NCBI GenBank assembly: GCA_963821525.1
Contig: CAWGED010000019.1
Location: 32,001-96,000, forward strand
Reading direction: 5' to 3'
DNA length: 64,000 bases
From: an uncultured Gemmatimonadales bacterium
GTDB taxonomy: Bacteria > Gemmatimonadota > Gemmatimonadetes > Gemmatimonadales > GWC2-71-9
The translations under genes were made by a program, and so were the position numbers. The notes beneath the pieces were generated by a model. It was not told the DNA's origin. It made no database searches and saw nothing but the letters and a program-made list of their open reading frames with translations. This document shows positions 58,540-64,000 of this stretch, piece by piece. The stretch's first letter is position 1. Each line of letters starts with the position of its first letter.

Positions 58540-59183
58540 TTACTTCGAGTAGAGCTCGACGATGAGCTGTTCCTGCGCGTTGATCGGGATCGCTTCGCGG
58601 GTGGGGCGCTCGCGTCACTCGGCCCGCGGCTTTGTCGCGCGTCGACCGTGAGCCAGGACGAGCGGCGGCCCGCGCGACGCGCACTCCAGCGCCACCTTGA
58701 CCGTCACGAGATCCCGGCTGGCCTGGGCGACCCGGACTTCCTCGCCCGGCGCACACGAGTACGACGGAATGTCCACCTCGCGGCCGTTCACTTCGACGTG
58801 GCCGTGGCGCACCAGCTGGCGGGCGCGCCTTGCGGCTGGCCGCGAAGCCCATCCGGTAGACGATATTGTCGAGCCGCGACTCGAGCGCGATGAGCAGGTT
58901 GGTGCCCTTCACGCCCGGCTTCGCGGGTCACGTCCGGTCGAAGATGTTGCGGAACTGCCGCTCGGTGAGGCCGTACATCCGCTTCACCTTCTGCTTCTCG
59001 CGCAGCTGCTTGGCGTACTCCGACGCCTTGCGGCGCGCGGCCGCCGCTCTGGCCGTGCTGGCCCGGGGCGTAGCCGCGACGCTCGACGGCGCACTTCTCG
59101 GTCAGGCAGCGCGAGCCCTTCAGGAAGAGCTTGGTGCCTTCGCGGCGGCACAGCCGGCAGCTGGGACCAGTATAGCGTGACAT
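58540..59183 (-). CDS. rpsD: 30S ribosomal protein S4 (frameshifted)
   Basis: [41 protein letters not shown]. Confidence 0.95.
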
Positions 59184-59186
59184 GGA

Positions 59187-59590
59187 TCAGACCCGCCGCT
59201 TCTTCGGCGGACGGCAGCCGTTGTGGGGAATCGGGGTCACGTCCTTGATGGACATGACCTTGAGGCCGACCGAGGCGAGCGCCTGGATGGCGGACTCGCG
59301 GCCGCTGCCCGGACCCTGCACCCGCACATGCACCCGGCGCACGCCGAGGTTCATGGCCTCGCGCCCGCAGTTCTCGGCGGCGACGGTCGCGGCGAAGGGC
59401 GTGGACTTCTTGGAGCCCTTGAAGCCCGCCTTGCCGGCCGATCCCCACACCAGGGTATTGCCCTTCATGTCGGTGATGGTGATCAGCAGGTTGTTGAAGG
59501 TGGCCGAGATGTGGGCGATGCCCTCGGACTCGACGACCTTCTTGCGCGCGCTTGGCCGCTGGGCGCCTTGGGGAGTAACGGTGTCGTCAT
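59187..59590 (-). CDS. rpsK: 30S ribosomal protein S11 (frameshift in 5' part)
   Basis: [36 protein letters not shown]. Confidence 0.96.
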
Positions 59591-59593
59591 AGG

Positions 59594-59975
59594 TTACTTC
59601 TTCGTCGCCTTCTTCTTGCCGGCGATGGCGCGCCGCGGGCCCTTCTTGGTCCGGGCGTTGGTATGAGTCCGCTGGCCCCGCACCGGCAGCCCCGCCGGTG
59701 GCGCGACCCGCGGTAGCTCCCGATATCCATCAGCCGCTTGATGTTCATCGCGACTTCGGTGCGGAGCGCGCCCTCGACTTTGACCGACCGCTCGATGATC
59801 TGGCGGAGCCGGGCCACCTCGGCGTCCGAGAGATCGCGCACCCGGGTGTCGGGGCTGACCCCGGTCTCCGTGAGGAGCCGACCGCTGGTCGGGACGCCCG
59901 ATGCCGAAGATGTAGGTGAGCGCGACTTCGACCCGCTTTTCGCGCGGCAAGGTCCACGCCTGCGATACGTGCCAT
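59594..59975 (-). CDS. rpsM: 30S ribosomal protein S13 (frameshifted)
   Basis: [34 protein letters not shown]. Confidence 0.96.
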
Positions 59976-59977
59976 AA

Positions 59978-60094
59978 TTAACCCTGCCGCTGCTTGTGCT
60001 TGGGGTTGCGCTTGCAGATGACGCGCATCACGCCCTGCCGCTTGACGACCTTGCAGTGCTCGCAGATCGGCTTGACGCTCGACCGAACCTTCAC
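59978..60094 (-). CDS. rpmJ: 50S ribosomal protein L36
   Basis: GTG start, [37 protein letters not shown]. Confidence 0.97.
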   Translation of the reverse strand: MKVRSSVKPICEHCKVVKRQGVMRVICKRNPKHKQRQG

Positions 60095-60219
60095 GCTAAA
60101 CGCTCCGGGGAAAAGCCGTATTTCAGAGTAGCTCACGAATATACCTCGAGCGCTGGAAGCCCCCGCAAGGGAACCGTATAGCCCCCAACGGGATAACGAG
60201 TTCCTGCCCTTCCAGATGG

Positions 60220-60639
60220 TCAGGGGGAAATCCGGACCTCCCAGCCTCCAGGAGTCCTGCACCAGGGAATACCCAGCAGCGCGGAATGGCGGCGGACCTC
60301 CATGTCCCCGTCACACGATATTGCCGGAGAATCTCAACCAAGGCCCTGTCATTACCCCGACTTGCGGACTCGGCCGAGACGTCAGTCTGAACTTCCTCAC
60401 TGGTACAGAAGAACTTGCGGAGCAGCGCTGCCGCCTGATCGCGGGAGACCGGCGCCGAGGGCGAGGCACCCGGAAGCTGGACCAGGATGCTGTCGCTGCC
60501 GCGGACCAGCCGGGAGACTTCGTGGCCAAACCAGGCATCCCGGGCCTGATTGGCTGTTTTGTCCAGGGAGGCGGACTTGTCCCGGCGCCGGCGAGCAGCC
60601 AAGCTGAGCAGCAGGGCAATCCAAACCCCACGGTTTCAT
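60220..60639 (-). CDS. Hypothetical small exported protein (frameshifted)
   Basis: Start overlaps pyrF stop; signal-like N-terminus; coding-like core [13 protein letters not shown]...AAALLRKFF; probable end WRL..VRISP*. Confidence 0.45.
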
Positions 60640-61315
60640 CGGGCTGCCTCCATCATCTCACGAAACGCCGCGGCCGGATCGGATGCGTTGATGATAGGCC
60701 TTCCGACGACGAGATGGGTGGCGCCGCGGCGTACCGCCTCCTCCGGAGCAGCGGTGCGCGACTGATCACCGACAGGGTCCGAGGGCCGGCGAATGCCCGG
60801 AACCACGATGAAAGATCCCGTCCCCAGAGTCTCGCGCGCGGTTTCAATTTCGAGCGGCGAGCAGACGATTCCCTGTAGGCCGGCATCCATTGCCATCCTC
60901 GCGAGGCGGGTGACTTCCTCGAGAAGGATCACGTCAGGCCGGCCAGTCGTGACGGCAAGACTCTTCACGATCGAACGAAGTGAGCACCGTGACGCCCACC
61001 AGCGCCAAGTCGCTGCCCGTGGCGCTGGCCGCCGCTCGCAGCATCTCTTTCCCACCGATCGCATGGACGGTCGCCATGGCGACGCCGAGCTCGGCTGCTG
61101 CTTCCACGGCCCCTGCCACCGTGTTTGGAATATCGTGCCACTTGAGGTCGAGGAACACGCGAATCCCGCGGCGGAGCGAGATCTCGAATCAGTGCTGGTC
61201 CCTCTCGTGTGTAGAGAATCGGCCCAACCTTGACCCAGCGCACATCGGGCAGCCGGTCCAGCAGCCGGCGAGACTGGTCGGGTGGTGCGTCGAGCGCGAC
61301 GATGACTTCAGCCAC
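60636..61315 (-). CDS. pyrF: Orotidine 5'-phosphate decarboxylase (frameshifted)
   Basis: [38 protein letters not shown]. Confidence 0.95.
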
Positions 61316-62183
61316 CGTTTCGCTCCAGGTCCGCGACGACCTGCTCGGGAAGGCGGGGATTCGCCAGCGCCGCGGTACCGATCGCGACGAGGGACGCTCC
61401 GGCCTTGAGGTACTGGCGCGCGTCGTCCGCGGTGCGGATACCGCCGACACCGATGACCGGAATGCCCCCGGTCCGCTCTACAACCTTGCGAGTCGCGAGG
61501 ACGCCAACCGGCAGAAGTGCCGGGCCGCTTACTCCGCCAAAGCCATTGCCGAGCCGCGGGCGACCTCGAGGATCGGCCAGCTCTCCGGGAATCGTGTTGA
61601 CGACGGAGATTCCATCCGCTCCTGCGTCCCGCGCGACGACCGCCATTCCGCCGATGTCCGGCAGCGCCGGCGAGAGCTTGGCGAAGAGCGGGAGGCGGGT
61701 CTTCGCGCGACAGAGGGAAATCACCTGAGTGACGCTCGCGGGATCGGCGCCGAATTCCAGTCCGCCGGCGCTGGTGTTAGGACAGGAGAGATTGATCTCG
61801 AGTGCCGCGATACCGGTGACGCCTTCCAGGCCCTCGACGACTGCGCCGAAATCTTCCGCGGTGAATCCCACCACGTTCACCACGACTCTCGCCTTCCGAA
61901 GGTTCTGCTGCAGCCAGGGAAGCGCCTCCTCAAGCACGCGCGCCAGTCCCGGGTTGGCCAATCCTACTGAATTGAGCATCCCTCCCGGAAACTCGGCCAC
62001 GCGAGGCGCGCGGTTCCCCGCCCGGGGCTCGCGTGACACCGCCTTGGTCACGATGCCGCCCAGCCGATCGAGGTTCATCACTCCGGCGAGCTCACGACCG
62101 AATCCGGCCGTTCCGGCAGCGAGGAGAACGGGATTCTGAAAGTGTGCGCCGAGTACCTCGCGGGAGAGCGGGGCAGCGGCCAC
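61308..62183 (-). CDS. pyrD: Dihydroorotate dehydrogenase, family 1
   Basis: NPVLLAAGT, MLNSVGLANPG, NLSCPN, KLSP, GGVSG, IGVGGI. Confidence 0.93.
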   Translation of the reverse strand: MAAAPLSREVLGAHFQNPVLLAAGTAGFGRELAGVMNLDRLGGIVTKAVSREPRAGNRAPRVAEFPGGMLNSVGLANPGLARVLEEALPWLQQNLRKARVVVNVVGFTAEDFGAVVEGLEGVTGIAALEINLSCPNTSAGGLEFGADPASVTQVISLCRAKTRLPLFAKLSPALPDIGGMAVVARDAGADGISVVNTIPGELADPRGRPRLGNGFGGVSGPALLPVGVLATRKVVERTGGIPVIGVGGIRTADDARQYLKAGASLVAIGTAALANPRLPEQVVADLERNGG

Positions 62184-63566
62184 TACTGTTCCACCGGTTG
62201 GCGAGTGGTGGGATTGGGGCGCGCCTGCTGGGTCGCGGACCGTCGCCTGGTCTGGATCGCCGCGGTCTGAGCGAAGACCCGTAGGGAGTCTTCCAGTTTG
62301 CGGTAGGCGGGCGAGTCCTCGCCCCGGAGCACGGCCAGATAGGGGCTCTCGGCGTACCGCTCGGTTACCACTTGAATGAGGGAATCCGCGCGGTCGGGTT
62401 GGAGTCCGGCCAGAGCGAAGAGCGCTTTGGGAGCGAAGGACGATTGGGGCCATTCCTTCGGTACCCGCTCGAACAGTTCAATCGCTAGCGGGATCGCACC
62501 GAGGGAGTCGCGTGCGAGCTCCCCGGAGAGGAAGAGGCGCAAGTCGCCTTGGGGAGCACCGGGCGTCACCGAATCACGCGCTGCTGCGACACTACGCGTC
62601 GCCAAGGCGAGTCGCGCAGCTTCGACCCCCGCGGGACCACCGAATTCCACCAGTTGTTCCAGGGCTTCTGCCTGCTGATCGAGGGTGCGGGTGCCGTTCG
62701 CACTGCGCAGCCGCATGCGGGCCAGCTCGAGGCGGGAATTGAGACCCGCTTGCCCCCTCCCTGACAGCACGATGGCCTGCGAGAATCTGGTTGCAGCCCG
62801 TTCTTCATCCACCGGGGCCCAGCGCAGCGCATCCTGACGCAGGAATCCTGCACGCGATTCGGCGACGACAAACACCTCGACTACACTGTCGGTCAGCTGG
62901 GATGCGGCCTCGAGATCCTTGCGGCCGATCGCGGCAAGGATCGAATCCCAGGGCGCCAGCGTGTCATGGGACGCGATCAGCGAATCGCTCACGGTGATCG
63001 CATCGGGTATCCGGCCCGCGCCGGCCAGCGCCGCCGCGCGCTCTCCCGCGGCGCGGGGATGATCGCTGGATGAAAGGACGTTCAGCGCTGCTTCGTAGTC
63101 TCCGCCGGTACGGAGTGCCCGCCCATGTTGATATCGCGCGAGGTTCCGGCGCTCGCGATCGGGGCTGTCCATCATCTGAGCGTAAACCCGGGAGGCTCCT
63201 TCCGCGTCCCCGAGGCTTTCGCGGCAATTCCCATTCAGGAGAGCGGCCTCGTCCCGCATCTTCAGGTCGGTTGTGGATGCGAGAACCCGGTCGAGGATCG
63301 GGACTGCCCGTTCACATTCCTTGAGCCGGACCAGCGCGGTTCCCTGCAAGCAGTCGCGTTTCATCGGCCCATTTGCTGCTCGGATGCCGGGCCAGCGTGG
63401 ACTCGGCCTGAAGCGCCACGCGTCCCCAGAGTCCGTTGGCCTCCAGTGTGCGACCGTCCTTCTCGGCCCGCCGTGCATCGCTCGCGAGCCGTTTGGCGTT
63501 GTACACCCCGTTGTAGTAGGCACAGCCAAGCGCGAGCAGGACCAGGACAAGAGGAAGTCGCTTCAC
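62183..63566 (-). CDS. TPR lipoprotein, unknown function (frameshift near 63350)
   Basis: MKRLPLVLVLLALG-CAYYNGVYNA lipobox in ORF 63312..63566, continuing as helical TPR repeats in 62183..63550. Confidence 0.7.
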
Positions 63567-64000
63567 GGCCCTCGACCTCCCGAATCGGCCGCGGACCCGG
63601 TCTTCCGCTCGTATTCAAGCAGATAATCCACCACCGCATCGGCGATCGCGGTGGCGAGAGCCTTCTGCGAATTCTTGTTGATCATGAGTCGCGCGTCGCT
63701 CTCATTGGTGCTGTAGCCCAGTTCGATCAGAATCGCGGGCCGGCGGGCGGTGCGCAGCACGGCGAAATTGGCCTGCTTTACCCCGTGATTCACTCCGGTG
63801 TGAACCGGGTCGAGCTCGTCCTGCACCATCTCGGCGATGCGAGCCGACTCCCGCAGATATTCGTTCAACTGGAGGTCACGCAGGATGAACCCCAGATCGG
63901 TGCCCGATTGCGAGGCATTGCCCGGTGCCTCGAACCGCAGCGCCTCGTTTTCCATCGCTTCGACTCGCTCCGCCTCCTCGGTCTTTGCCTCGGCGAGGAA
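63563..64000 (-). CDS. N-acetylmuramoyl-L-alanine amidase, Amidase_3 family (C-terminal part, runs off window end)
   Basis: ENEAL, VKQANFAVLR, PAILIELGY.TN. Confidence 0.9.
   Translation of the reverse strand, partial: FLAEAKTEEAERVEAMENEALRFEAPGNASQSGTDLGFILRDLQLNEYLRESARIAEMVQDELDPVHTGVNHGVKQANFAVLRTARRPAILIELGYSTNESDARLMINKNSQKALATAIADAVVDYLLEYERKTGSAADSGGRGP

Overview
High-GC bacterial chromosomal segment of core genome. Gene content and order suggest Gemmatimonadota; this is my inference, not a database result. About 58 genes; all but four (ppiD-like, a solute-binding lipoprotein, a hybrid kinase, rpmB) are on the minus strand, and many are translationally coupled. In window order: ftsK (partial), comB-like phosphatase, accC, pilT-family ATPase, accB, Xaa-Pro peptidase, aroQ, TPR protein; ppiD-like; tatA, DUF4321-like, polyprenyl synthetase, large TPR protein, hutH; an FN3 lipoprotein; a TatC-LptD fusion; the tol-pal-cpoB operon; an epimerase; a LysM (TsaP-like) protein; ssb, rimI, tsaB, tsaE, uvrB, EVE; solute-binding protein plus hybrid kinase; relA/spoT, radC, secA, nadD, bamD, two TPR proteins; a nucleotide-sugar cluster; murB, carB, rmd, gmd; rpmB; the alpha ribosomal operon; pyrF, pyrD, a TPR lipoprotein and an amidase (partial). 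Many essential genes are broken by frameshifts in patches, most likely long-read consensus errors rather than pseudogenes. I found no rRNA, tRNA, CRISPR array or mobile element. The most notable finding is a 1177-aa in-frame TatC + internal signal peptide + LptD polyprotein in a frameshift-free stretch. Also notable are two sigma54-like promoters each with an upstream IHF-like dyad, type IV pilus-related genes dispersed among housekeeping genes, and heptamer repeat tracts directly after stop codons.
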